DNA of 55,645 bases from Chiloscyllium plagiosum (Eukaryota): assembly GCF_004010195.1 (NCBI RefSeq), contig NC_057719.1:54337926-54393570 (forward strand), given 5' to 3'. This document shows, in pieces, positions 1 through 11,308 of the stretch. Positions within the stretch are counted from its first letter, which is position 1; every line of letters starts with the position of its first letter. A model generated the notes under the pieces. It made no database searches and was not told where the DNA came from. It worked only from the letters and a program-made list of their open reading frames with translations. The position numbers and the translations under genes were made by a program.

Positions 1-449
1 GTAGATTGACCATGGTAAATGGCTCCTGCACCCCATTTATTTCATTGGTCACATTTGTAGCACTGTAAAATGTCAGATTCTGCATTTATTACCGGTGAGA
101 AAACATTCTGACCCAGCAATTCACCCCAGGAGTTACGGTGATTTGATCTAAACCACGTTGAAAAGATATGATTCTAATGCATCATACCACTGAATGTGCT
201 ATTTAGAATTGCAAGTAGATTATCAGGGAAAATATTGCGAATCATTGGTGCAATTTTGGCTTGAAGGAACAAATAATTCAGTCAGGTCAGTTTCTTTTAT
301 GCTTCCCCTGGAAGCAGTGCTTACCAAACTCAAATGTAATAAAACATCTTTGACATAGTTGAGGGTTTTGAGTGAAGTACTGATCTACCTTGTCTCTGTT
401 CTGTTCTCTCTGATTCAGCACTGACTGAGCAATCTAGAAGCACTGAGTG

Positions 450-975
450 ATTACAGCACAGAATTAGCCCATTAGATCCATCGTGTCTGTGCTGGACCCC
501 GAAGTAACAATTTATTTATTGCCATTCCCTTGCCTTTCCATCACATGATTTGTCCTGTACAAATAGTGAACCAATTCTCTTTTGCAAGCCTGAGTTGAAC
601 CTGCCTCCATTGCATTCTCAGGCAGTGCATTCTAGATCCTGACCACTTGCTACATTAAAGGTTTTCAGTCATCATTGCTTCTTTTGACAATTACCCTCTC
701 TGCTCCCCAGTTGTCAACCCTTCCTCAGATTCCACAGAGGGGACAGTTTCTCCACATCAGTTTGTGATTTTAACAGTGTTATCAAATCTCCTCTTGACTT
801 CCTATTTTCCAAGGAGAACAATCTCAGCCTCTTCCATTGTTCTACATTACTGAAATTCTTCCTGGAAACATTCTTGTGATCCTTTCTGTACACTCTGTAA
901 TACCTTAACATCCTTTCTGAAGTCCGATGCATTTGAAATGTCACACAAAAATACCGGAATTCTGGAAAAGATAGC
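450..975 (-). mobile_element. Decayed CR1-clade LINE, 3' fragment
   Basis: ORF 714..983(-) contains LRLFSLENRKSRGDLITL, the CR1 ORF2 C-terminal LGLFSLE.RR.RGDLI motif; CR1-like 3' UTR follows. Confidence 0.8.
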
Positions 976-2223
976 GGTGTCATTTTCAGGGCACCAGAAC
1001 AGCTTTAGCTGAACTTTGTAACTCTCCAAATCATGTTCATTAATCTTGTCACTGACTGGCATGTTTAATTTTCCAGATGGTCACCATATACAGAAACAGT
1101 TGCAGGGTGGTTATGTATTGTTTCTCTTTTATTTTTCTCACATTTGTACCTTTGATTAAAAGGATTTGAATTAAAGACTGAGAGCGAAGTTTGTTATGGC
1201 CAAATGGGAGCCATAATGATTGGTGAGGTCTGATTTTATATCTGTGTACATGGACTTTAGTGCCATCCTGAATTGGTCCCTGTGCCAGCTTAGCTTAAAA
1301 GGGATGGGTTGTTGATGTTAATCAGGCTTTTTGTTGTCAGTTTGCTGAATTGGGAATGAGAAACCAAGTGTCACTGGCATCAGTTTTATTTTTAAAAGCC
1401 TGGACCTCAAACAGATAAATTACAATGTGGCTGTAATCAGTTGCGCTCTGAACGGTAGGAAAACGGCAAGCAAGAGAAATTCTTGATTTGGTGGTATAGT
1501 GCAGGACACCCAGCTGAAGGAGGGAGTTCAGCTTTCTACATAGCACTAAGGGTGCGTCCTGGACCACCTCCCAGCAACAGCAAGCACAGGGGGCACACTG
1601 GTCAGCACCAGAAGTAACAGTGCAAAGACATAATGCCAATATATTTAAATATATTAAAATTCATAACAACAATACATAAATTAATTTTATTTCATGATTT
1701 TACAGTGTTTACCTCAGCAATACAAAACTCCCTCCCTGTCTCCCTCAGTTTTCTCCAATTATCAAAGCACTTTGTTACTCTCCAGCCTCCTGTTACTATA
1801 GGGACACAGTGTAATTGCTGTTGTATCACTTCTCTCATCTTTCTTTCATGTCTTACTTGTGTTGTCTTTTATACAGCAGAAATATTATTCTATCCTGATA
1901 TTAATATCTTAAATTGTCTCAACAAACTAACATTAAAGGCGACACAACAGGGAACAGACAGCCACAAGAGGACCACCATCTAGATCATGTTCTTTCTCAT
2001 AGAAATCAATGTAAACACTGTAAGCAGGACCTGTGTCAGGAGTTTGGCCTCTGGAAAGCTTGAGAAAATGACTCAGAAAGTTTTTGATTAACTCATCCTT
2101 GTTCCCTTCTCATTGAAATCTCTCTCAGGCTGTGCATGACACACGTATGGTGCTTCTAATAGACATTCTCTCCACTTATTCTTGTTATTAGCGACTAACC
2201 CTTGTTTTCATTTTCCTTTTCAG

Positions 2224-2375
2224 AGTTTGAAACTGTAGTGCGCAATATGGAACTGGAGAAAGTCAAGGGATATCTTCCAGAAGATCCTGTGCCATTCAAA
2301 GTTGGCACCACAAATAGAATAGAGGCTAGAGTAGAGCAGTTTGCACTGGGAGATTCACTGAACACAAATGTGTAG
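2224..2375 (+). CDS. Probable 3'-terminal coding exon of an unidentified host gene: (E)FETVVRNMELEKVKGYLPEDPVPFKVGTTNRIEARVEQFALGDSLNTNV*
   Basis: Branch-point-like GACTAAC (2193-2199), polypyrimidine tract and CAG acceptor (2221-2223). Only the phase-1 frame is open (49 codons to TAG at 2373-2375); the other two stop within 5 codons. Not repeat-like. Absent from the ORF track. Confidence 0.6.
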
Positions 2376-2418
2376 GAACAATAATAGGATATATGTTAAC
2401 AAAGACTGTTACTTTTCT

Positions 2419-2742
2419 ATTCTTCTTTCATAGGATGTGGATGCCACTGGTAACACCAGCATCTTGTTGCCCACACTTAATTGCCTTGGACATGAGTGGC
2501 TTACTAGAGCCATTAACTACAATGCTGTGGGAATAGAATCACGTATGGGGGTCAGACCTGGTGAAGATGGCAGATCCTCTCTGCAGACATTAGTAAACCA
2601 GAAGTCCTTATGACAATTGATGGTAGTTTCATGGTTGCCATTATTGAGAGAAGCTTTCAATTTTAGATATATTTATTAATTGAATTCAAATTGCACCAGC
2701 TACACCAAGGTCCCAGAGCAATAGTGAGGTCCTCTGCACTAT
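2419..2742 (-). mobile_element. tRNA-derived SINE, family A (shares 5' region and tail with the LINE at 41818/17010), decayed
   Basis: Colinear with 3358-3715 (ccagcat..ttg, tgctgtggg, cagacc, cattagtaaacca, aattcaaatt). Confidence 0.7.
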
Positions 2743-2748
2743 TGATGG

Positions 2749-2849
2749 AAATGTGTTGCTGGAAAAGCGCAGCAGGTCAGGCAGCATCGAGGGAACAGGA
2801 GAATCGACGTTTCGGGCATTAGCCCTTCTTCAGGCTAATGCCCGAAAAG
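2749..2849 (-). mobile_element. PLE pseudo-LTR mini-insertion with hammerhead motif and short terminal inversion
   Basis: Same pLTR sequence as 9835-9925 and 20189-20304; ggctaatgcccgaaa (2833-2847) is an inverted copy; flanked by gatgg (2744-2748, 2850-2854). Confidence 0.85.
2805..2834 (-). ncRNA. Minimal type I hammerhead ribozyme motif
   Basis: Reverse complement reads cCUGAAGA-a-GGGC-uaau-GCCC-GAAA-C-GUC-g. Confidence 0.75.
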
Positions 2850-3079
2850 GATGGTGGCAGGAAGATTGCCCAGACAATTTTATGAGACCTCTGCCTGTTA
2901 AATTCTGCTCTTGGATTTCTCCCTGTACTATCCTCTACATGTTGTAACTCAAAAGAGGCAGAATATCCAGGTTCCAACATTATTCCTTTGCAACAGCCAC
3001 GAACAAATCATTTCGGAATTTAGCTTAGAGAAAACAGTTACCAAAAATAAAGTCAAAAAGCACCAAATGTTTTCCCAGT

Positions 3080-3310
3080 AGTTTGTCAGGATGGTGCAGA
3101 GTCTACTTGACTGAGCAAAATATGTTTCAGTTGGTAAAAGGGTTGAGAACAAGAGAATATACAGATTTTAGGGTTATTGGCAAAAGAACCAAAGATGAAA
3201 TGAGGTTAAAAAAATAAAGTTTTCATACTGTATGAGTGATGATGGTCTGGAATGCCTTGCCTGATTGTGTGGTAGAAGCAGATTCAGTTGAAGCTTTTAG
3301 AAAGGATAGT
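3080..3310 (+). mobile_element. Decayed CR1 3' fragment
   Basis: ORF 3236..3424 begins VWNALPDCVVEADSVEAFRK, the CR1 ORF2 C-terminal WN.LP..VV.A motif. Confidence 0.75.
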
Positions 3311-3357
3311 TTGGAAAGTGTGCTGCTGCTCAAGCTTCACTGTTGCTGGGGTCGTCA

Positions 3358-3715
3358 CAATTCATTCATGCAATATAGGCATTGCTGGATGGGCCAGCAT
3401 TTATTTTGCAAAGGGGACAGTTAAGAGTCAATCACATTGCTGTGGGTCTGGAATCGCAAGTAGGCCAGACCACGTACGGACCTTGGCTTCTGTCCCTGAA
3501 GAGCATTAGTAAACCACATTTTCCTTTTATTACCAACAATCAATTATGCTTACTCATCAACACAGTTTTTGGAATTCTGAGGTTCTGAATTCCAAATTTT
3601 GATTGTATTTAAATTTCATCATCTGCTGTGACAGGATTTAAACCCAGGTCCCCAGAAGATTATCTGGATCTATGGATTAGTAATGGTATTAATACCATGG
3701 GCCATCACTGCTACC
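3358..3715 (-). mobile_element. tRNA-derived SINE, family A, near full length
   Basis: Minus strand: A-box-like tggcccatgg, B-box-like ggtttaaatcc, body tccagacccacagcaatgtgattgactcttaactg, tail aataaatgctggccc...catgaatgaa. Confidence 0.8.
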
Positions 3716-3784
3716 GGACTGACAGACTCAAGTCAACAGGAAATACTGCAAGGTTTCAGTACTTAACAAGAACTACTTGTTACT

Positions 3785-4105
3785 GCACAGAGGCTCAATG
3801 ATTAGCACTGCAGCCTGTTAGCTCCAGGGACCTGGGTTCAATTCTAGCCCTGAGTCTGTGTCAGATTTGTACACTCTCCCCATGTGTGTATAGGTTTCCT
3901 CATGGTGCTCAGGTTTCCTTCCGCAGTCCAGAGTTATGCAGGCTAGGTGGAATGTCCATGCTAAATTGACCATGGTGTCCAAGAATATCTAGGCTACATG
4001 GATTAGCCATGGGGATAGGGTAGGGGGTTGATTTGAGGCGGATGATCAGTACAGACTCGATTGGTTAAACAACTTCTTTCTGCACAGTAGAGATTCTATG
4101 ATTCT
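3785..4105 (+). mobile_element. HE1-like V-SINE, decayed
   Basis: tRNA head (ttagcactgc...ctgggttcaattc), V-domain-like ggtttcctc..ggtgctc.ggtttcct, CR1-type tail gattctatgattct. Confidence 0.85.
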
Positions 4106-7100
4106 GATACTGTTTATCATGAATATACAAATGCTCACCACAGGTAAACAAGTATGAACTTTCAATATGTACTGCTCCTGATTGAAACTCTAGCCTGCCT
4201 TTTCAAACCTCTACACATACAAAAAACGACATGGATGCTATCCATGTGAAAAGACCTGGATAAGCACAGTTCACTAAAATCAGTCCATTGGGGTAGGTGA
4301 AATCTTTATTTTGCATCCCAAGACTTTCTATTGCTTGACCTCCTTTCTCCACTTCTTCGCAAGAGGCACAGGATGATTGGGTACTCTAATTATAAAGGTT
4401 ATTATTTCAAGGCGACAGCACACTGCAACTGGTGGGACAACATAATTGGCTTTCTTCAGGCATGTTTACTTCGAAGGGATAGTTGCTGTTCCAATGATCT
4501 GGGTGCTTCACACCCATTATTGTAAACACCTGACCAGGAGTCAAAGAAATGTTGTCAGGCTGATAAGTTCCAGCTTCCACAATTAGTCAGACTTGTACAA
4601 GGCAATCAGCATTCTGTTGCCAATGAAAATCCACTCTGTGCCTGCCACTGTGCTGTCATTTCTCTCCTCCCTCACTGCTTGAACAAAGCTGCAGTATGAA
4701 AACAATTTATGCCTTGTTTTTTTAAAATGACAGTAACTCCTTCGCAGCCATTTATTTTAAAAGCAGTCTTTTCAGTTTACAATCAAAAATAAAGTAAAAG
4801 ATTTTTAAAAAAATGACTTTTACATAAGTGCATGAAGGAAAAAAGAAATGAAAGCAATTGGAAAAAGAGTAGACCAAACTGAGTTGTTCTTGCAGATAAC
4901 AATTCAAGTTCAATGGGCCAAATGGTCTAGTGTGCAGTAACCATTCTATTATACTGTTGAACTGGATTTTACAACCCCCTTTACCAACATGCTTGAAGGT
5001 ACAGAGGGCTGATAAAATACAATGCAGAGCCTCCCCACCATCTTCCCATAAAGGCCCAACCTGCGTCCCAGTCAGGTAGGAAGGTGGGGACTTCATCCAG
5101 CTAGCTCATCCTCAAGTAGCCAATTAGGGGCTACCCAAAGTGCATCATCCCAGCCCTGTTGTTTTACCCATTACATGGAAAGGCCCACTCCAAGTCTGGC
5201 AGCATTTAATGCCTGGACTACTATCAAACAAAAGTAGGGGAAACATCCTCAGTAGAACCCTCCCACAATGTCAGACACCATCTTTAATTCTGCTGCCCAG
5301 AATGTCAAACCCAAACCTTTTCCCTCACCACCCCACATCCATCTCCACCCTCTTAAGTCCAGTCAGTTTGACCCCCCAGATAACTGTGGACTTGCCACAT
5401 CTTTAGCCTTCATTAGCTCCTCTTCTTTACAGAATGTCGACAGTCTCAGCATTGACCATCATTTGAACTGGGATTGCTGGGATAATCCACTAAGGTGAAT
5501 CTTCCTACACAAAGGGGGACAGATGTCTTGACATCCTTTCGAGTATAAAATGGCTGTAGCTCAGGGTGACATTAGGGTAACAAAAACTGGATATGCCCCC
5601 CATAAAAACCAACCCCAAAGGCTTAAACTGTCTTCTTGTACCAATTTACAACTGTTGGATCTTGCTTCATCTCACATGCCTATTCAGCTACTGAACTTTT
5701 CTAGCTATTATGTTCACAAGCTGTCAGACAGGGAGGCTCAGTGACATCATTGAAGGCAGCTGAAAGTTCATTGACTCCTCTCAATAACCAATTCCTAGAC
5801 CACTTCTATTCCAAAGCAACTTTGAGGAATATTTCTCTTCAGTATGTTGACTCAGTCCCTATTAACAATGAGTGACCTAATTGCTGGTTTAGAATGAAAA
5901 CATGAAGACATTAAACTGCATAACAGAGCATAACAAACAAAATACTTGATAATAATTGATAAAGTATCCCTTAACATTTTCTTATTCAATTTACAGCTAA
6001 AACCAAATAAAAGTTAATCTGTTGACCCTAATTTGTGCATCTACCCACAGATTCAAATTTTGCATAAATTTGAAGGATGACTGTTTGGAATGGAACAGGA
6101 TTTTCATGTCAGAGGGGTATCAGGAGATGAGAAAAATTTCATCATTGCAATGCCACCTCTATCTCAAGACTGCTAAGTAATACGATTTTCAGCAATTTCA
6201 GACCTTGAGCAGTCTGGAGGCCAGGGTGGAAATGGAAACGGACTGAGCTCAAAGTGGGCTGGTTATCACATTTATATGTGATTGAACTTTCTGATTACCT
6301 TGAACTGCTCTCGCCTGTACTCTCTTCTCCTCACACCCACACCCATTACCCACTTTATGACCAGAAAACATTAAATGTTTATCGTACAGTTGGAAGCCAT
6401 TGAGTAACAAAAAAATCTCCCTCAGTGAACAAATAGCTTCTTCAAAACAGCTGTGGAAACAGAGTCAAATCCTTGTAAAATAACTGTAACAGTTGGTTTG
6501 CAGCTAAAATGTACATAAAACTCTCCAAGTAAATAAATAGACTTCAGAACTATTATTGTGTGAAATGTACTCCACATTTTTATACATTAGATGACCATCT
6601 TGAACTCATCTAAAAGATTTTTTTTCATTGACTTTGTTTTTTTCTTTCACTTGATAGCTTGCCAGCTGGCAATATAACAACCTGGCCAACATATTGTTTA
6701 AGGGGTGGTTCAATCTTCCAATCACAGCATTGTCATAACTCACCTTCAATAAACACTTCATGCTGTAGTGTTTCATCATGAACTTGAGAGGAATCAAACT
6801 AATTTTACATATTGTAATTTTTTTTTATTCCATTCCATGGCTAATGTTTCTACACAGAAGCTGAAAAACCTGAAGCTGAAGTCAGATGTCTCCATGAAAA
6901 TTAAAAGAAAAGCATCAGGACGGGCTTTCAAAAAGCACACAATGCTGTCAGTCTCACCCTTCATAGAAATTAACTTAATCCTTCCACTGTCATTACGGAA
7001 ATGGCCAAGAATAGGAGGAATTCTAGTTCCACTACTCAGTGGTCACTTTCTTTAAAGTCCAATCTCCATTTCATCCTGATCAGGACCATGATAATCCAAC

Positions 7101-8859
7101 CCGAATATCATTAGTCAAGGTCTGTGTTTTTTTTGGCACAAACCACAGTTCTATTAGGAATTGAATTACTTGTGCTAGAAACAGATTGATGGAGCACAAT
7201 AAATGAAATACAAGGCAAGAAATGCTCGTAGATTTTTAACAAATTGAACTGCAAGAATTCACAGCAACCAGTAGTTTTAAGTGGTTGAACATTCAATGCA
7301 AAAAGAGGAATTGTTATCCAATTGCACTTTTCAACAATGATCAGAGAAGTCCTGTCAGCAAGTCGATTATGCTACCTTAGCCATTGTGAAATAAATTATT
7401 CAGCATCAAAATTAAAGATTTCTGTTGTATTGCCTTGTCAATTCTTTTAAAGACAATGACTGATGAAGTAAAAGATAAATAATTGCAGATGATTTTTAAA
7501 TTACCTTTGAACTGATTTTAGTTATATATTGAATTGTGCAAAAAATGGATTGAAGTTGACAAACAGAATATATAGCAAAAAGATATACCTTATCTACCAT
7601 CAATGTTATTACATAGTTTGTGTAAACAGGAAAAATTAATTTTCGAAGGATTGGACAGCAAACAAACTGTGTTTTTCCTTGTGATAATGGCAGTGATGTA
7701 TTTCTGCAAATCTGGTTCATGCAGTCCAATTTCAAAATGATCTTATAGTCAATTCTTTAGGATTAAAACAAAGTATGATTCACTATTACATTCAAATCCA
7801 GGGCAGAATATTCACACTTACATCTATTCCAAGAAAGAAAGCAAAGAGAAAAGTAAGGACAGAAAAGTAAGATAACATAACTAGGTCACATTAATTAGGG
7901 AGTCCAGTCAGTTAACATCCAGTGGAGGTTCTTTCAGTTGACTGTGTGCGTAAGTCTCTTTTGCAGGAACTCAAGATGCAGTCAAATTGTAGTTGAAGTT
8001 GCAGCAACTTTAAACTGGGAATTGATTCGCTTTCAGGTGAAATGCGGAATTCTTTCCAAGAAATCAGATTTTTGATTGAGGTTGTGATCGGAACCGTTAT
8101 TTAGTGGAGCTTGGAGCATGACAATATTTCTTTTCTGAGAAAGGAAGAAGATCTCTATTTCTATACTCTTTGATATTACAGTTGGAAAGATTTGATAAGT
8201 AGTTGGTGGTCATTGATGATTCGTGCAAAATCATTTATTCTGCTAAAGTGTTTAACTTTTTTATTGTAGCTCCACCTTAATAATTGGCTACAGTGCTTTA
8301 TGGCTTAAATTATAATACTTAAGTATCAAAGGAGTTATGATTCCAGATTTTTGCAGATATAGAACTTGTACAAATAGTACAAATGGCTAGCCTTTCATTT
8401 TCATTAACACCCATTATATTTGCATCAGCCATACAGAATAGTTCAGCTGACATTTTGCACCAAAAGGTAGAATAAATAAAGTAAATTGAAGAATAAACTA
8501 AGGGTTAAATAGGTAAGTATAACAATGTGAAATTTGTTCAGTCACCATGAATGCCAGGCCATGATCAGCCAGTGTTCTATCCTTTTATATATTGGGAAAA
8601 AAATTGCTAATTGCTCCAATAAATAAATACTTCACATCTGCCTCAGTCATTCTCACTTCATCTGTTAACCATGTTTTACTGAACTTCGAATCTAAACAAA
8701 TAAAACGTGGTTTAAAACTGCATCTGTGCAGATCAAGTATATCATACAAAAATGTTGAAAGTCTCTTGAAAAGGGCAGCAGCAGACTGAAAAAAAAACAT
8801 TTCAAGTTGAGTAAGCCAATCATGAAAATGCAAAGTAATGTGAAATGGAAGCCCAGGTC

Positions 8860-9263
8860 TCAGTCTTGGTACAGTGATAATGCCCTCATATTTGGAATAG
8901 TTGTTTATGTGCTTGAACCCTAACTTGGAGAATAAATCTAAACTGGTATGTTAATACAGTACTGAAAGCCTGGCGCGACTACCAAAAGTGCTGTCTTTCA
9001 GACGAAGTGTTAAAAGCCACACCTCAGGTAAATGTAAAAGGTTACATGCCACTATTTGAAGAGGAGTCAGTGTCCTAGTCAATATTTATCTCACAATCAA
9101 ACTTGCTAAAACAGATTATCTGATCATTCTCACATTGCTGTTTTTGTGATTGTTGTGTACAAGTTGGTTGTGGTATACCCTACATCATAAAAATACTACA
9201 GAAGTATTAAGTTGAATGTTATGTGCTTTGAAATCATAAATTACACTGTAAAAATGTTTCTTT
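8860..9263 (+). mobile_element. DeuSINE-like (SacSINE1/AmnSINE1-related) ancient SINE
   Basis: Deu-domain-like motifs gccactatttgaagagga, gtgtcctagtcaatatttatc, aaaacagattatctgatcattctcacattgctgttt; recognised from memory of the consensus. Confidence 0.65.
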
Positions 9264-9834
9264 AATGGTCAATGACATTAATGAGGGAGCCTACCAAGGG
9301 ACATCAGAGTAGAAACTAAATTGAAAAGCAAAACTCAAGCAATTAATCTCTGCAGTGTTACGTGGACCACAAGTCAATTAGCATGTGGATAAACAGACCA
9401 GGAAAGTGTGAATAGGAACCTGAAAATGTGATGTATGGGAAACAGCTCCATTTCATGAGACATACAATACATTGCATATGAAAGAGTTGTAATGTGGAAT
9501 GGGCATTACTTGAACAGTCCACGGTGAACATTTTAGCAGAAGGGATAAATAGGACTTAAGAACATTCAACCAGTAAATGGGGTGAGTAGAGACATAATAG
9601 ATGTGATAGATAAACTAAAAAAAAAACAAAAGATGAAAGTAAAAGGAAGACTACTCATGAAACAGATAGGTTTGTGGAAAGTAATTATGGGTGAAATTTT
9701 ACCACTTTCAATGAAAGAGTTTGTTGAGTGAGATACATGGTCTCGTTCCAACATGGAATGCAGCAACTTTTCTCATTCAACATTTTGTTGTTTACCTCAG
9801 TAATTATGCAGCCGGACTCTGATACCCCTCTTGT

Positions 9835-10105
9835 TTAGATCAGAGTGGTGCTGGAAAAGCACAGCAGGTCAGGCAGCATCCGAGGAGCAGGAAAAGCGAC
9901 GTTTCGGGCAAAAGCCCTTCATCAGTAATAGAGGCAGGAAGCCTTCAGGGTGGAGAAATATATGGAGGGTGGGGCTGGGGAGAAGGTAGCAAAGAGTACA
10001 ATAGGTGATTGGGGATGGGGATGGAGGTGATAGGTCAGGGGGAGGGTGGAGTGGATAGGTGGGAAGGAAGATTGGCAGGTAGGACAGGTCATGAGGATAG
10101 TGCTG
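9835..10105 (-). mobile_element. 5'-truncated Neptune-like PLE 3' end (3' UTR + pLTR)
   Basis: Colinear with 34050-34330, the 3' end of the PLE at 32664. Confidence 0.85.
9897..9925 (-). ncRNA. Minimal hammerhead ribozyme motif, intact core
   Basis: Reverse complement reads CUGAUGA-a-GGGC-uuuu-GCCC-GAAA-C-GUC-g. Confidence 0.8.
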
Positions 10106-10285
10106 ACCCTCTCTTTGGGTCACACATAGGAGAGGCTGATGTGCTTGCTACTGTTGAGACCTTCCACCTCTTTCTCTTCCATCATATTTAATGATCAGTG
10201 GCACACACTGTCAGATGCTGCAAGTCAGGCACAAGCCCTCACACTGTGGTGCTCCTTCACTATCATTAAGGGCATGCCCCAGAAA

Positions 10286-10377
10286 CGAGCTCCCCGGATG
10301 CTGCCTGACCTGCTGCGCTTTTCCAGCAACACATTTTCAGCTCTGATCTCCAGCATCTGCAGACCTCACTTTCTCCT
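10286..10377 (+). mobile_element. 92-bp PLE pLTR mini-insertion with 13-bp TSD
   Basis: catgccccagaaa at 10273-10285 and 10378-10390; insert nearly identical to 20220-20303. Confidence 0.9.
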
Positions 10378-11275
10378 CATGCCCCAGAAAGTAAAGCTTG
10401 GTCCCCACATCTCAGGTAAACACTGGGAGGAGGATGGAGGGCTGGAAGTCAGGACCTTCCATTTTCCTACAAATTGCTAAAGAAAGCCACATCACCACCA
10501 CCAGCCCAGACATGCTTAGCAGCCCAAGTCTTTGCTATGACCATGTTGAGAAGACACAGCCAACAGTACTGGAAGAAGATTAAGTGCCATTTCCTCTCTG
10601 CTACTTCACACTCAGAAAGGGCTACCATTCACTCAAACTCTGTCACTGCAGATACCTTTGTCAAGGCTCATGAACTGCAACTTTCATCATTTCCTGTTTC
10701 ATGTTGAATGGCCTAAGACATACGTAATTGACATTTTGCTTTCTTCCAGGCAGTTGAAGAAAATGACAATGAGACCTGGCTCCGGGTCTCATCATTCTCC
10801 TCAGCAGATCTCTATCTCTGTCTCGAATGCAGTAACTGCTTAAGTTTGCTGTTCTTGTTGGGCTTGCTAATAAAACTGTAGTTGCTATCTCATTCTAAAC
10901 TGCCTTTGAATCTGAAGCAAGGTCACAAATTTGTGTCCAAATCAGATGTGTGTAATTACTCTGGTGAATGTCAGAAAGATAAGGAACTCATTTTCCTTCA
11001 TACCCAGCCTGGTGAAGCACAATGTTTGTCTCCACACATGTGAAATGAAAGCTTTGCTACAAGGTAAACTCATGACTCTATCAGCTGAGACATATAACTC
11101 ATGTTATATATGATAGAATAGGTTTCTGATTGGAGCAACTCAGCTGATGCTTTCTAATTGACTTGGCCATCTCTTTGCTTAGAGACAAAAAAAAACTGCA
11201 GATGCTGGAATCCAAGGTAGACAAGCAGGAGAATGGAAGAACACAGCAAGCCAGGCAGCATCGGGAGGTGGAGAA

Positions 11276-11308
11276 GTCAACGTTTCAGGTGTAACCCTTC
11301 TTCAGGAC
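11276..11308 (-). ncRNA. Minimal hammerhead motif (pLTR family 2)
   Basis: Reverse complement reads GUC-CUGAAGA-a-GGGU-uac-ACCU-GAAA-C-GUU-GAC; stem I is GUC/GAC. Confidence 0.7.

Noticed and set aside
1337..1983. ORFs of 100 and 116 aa
   Set aside because: No domain motifs or splice context; lengths expected by chance.
4960..5555. Possible old MITE or DNA-transposon remnant (ggattttac...taaaatgg)
   Set aside because: Terminal inverted repeats too degenerate to delimit by eye.
6858..7055. Possible exon after ctaatgtttctacacag
   Set aside because: Weak pyrimidine tract, no recognisable peptide or convincing donor.
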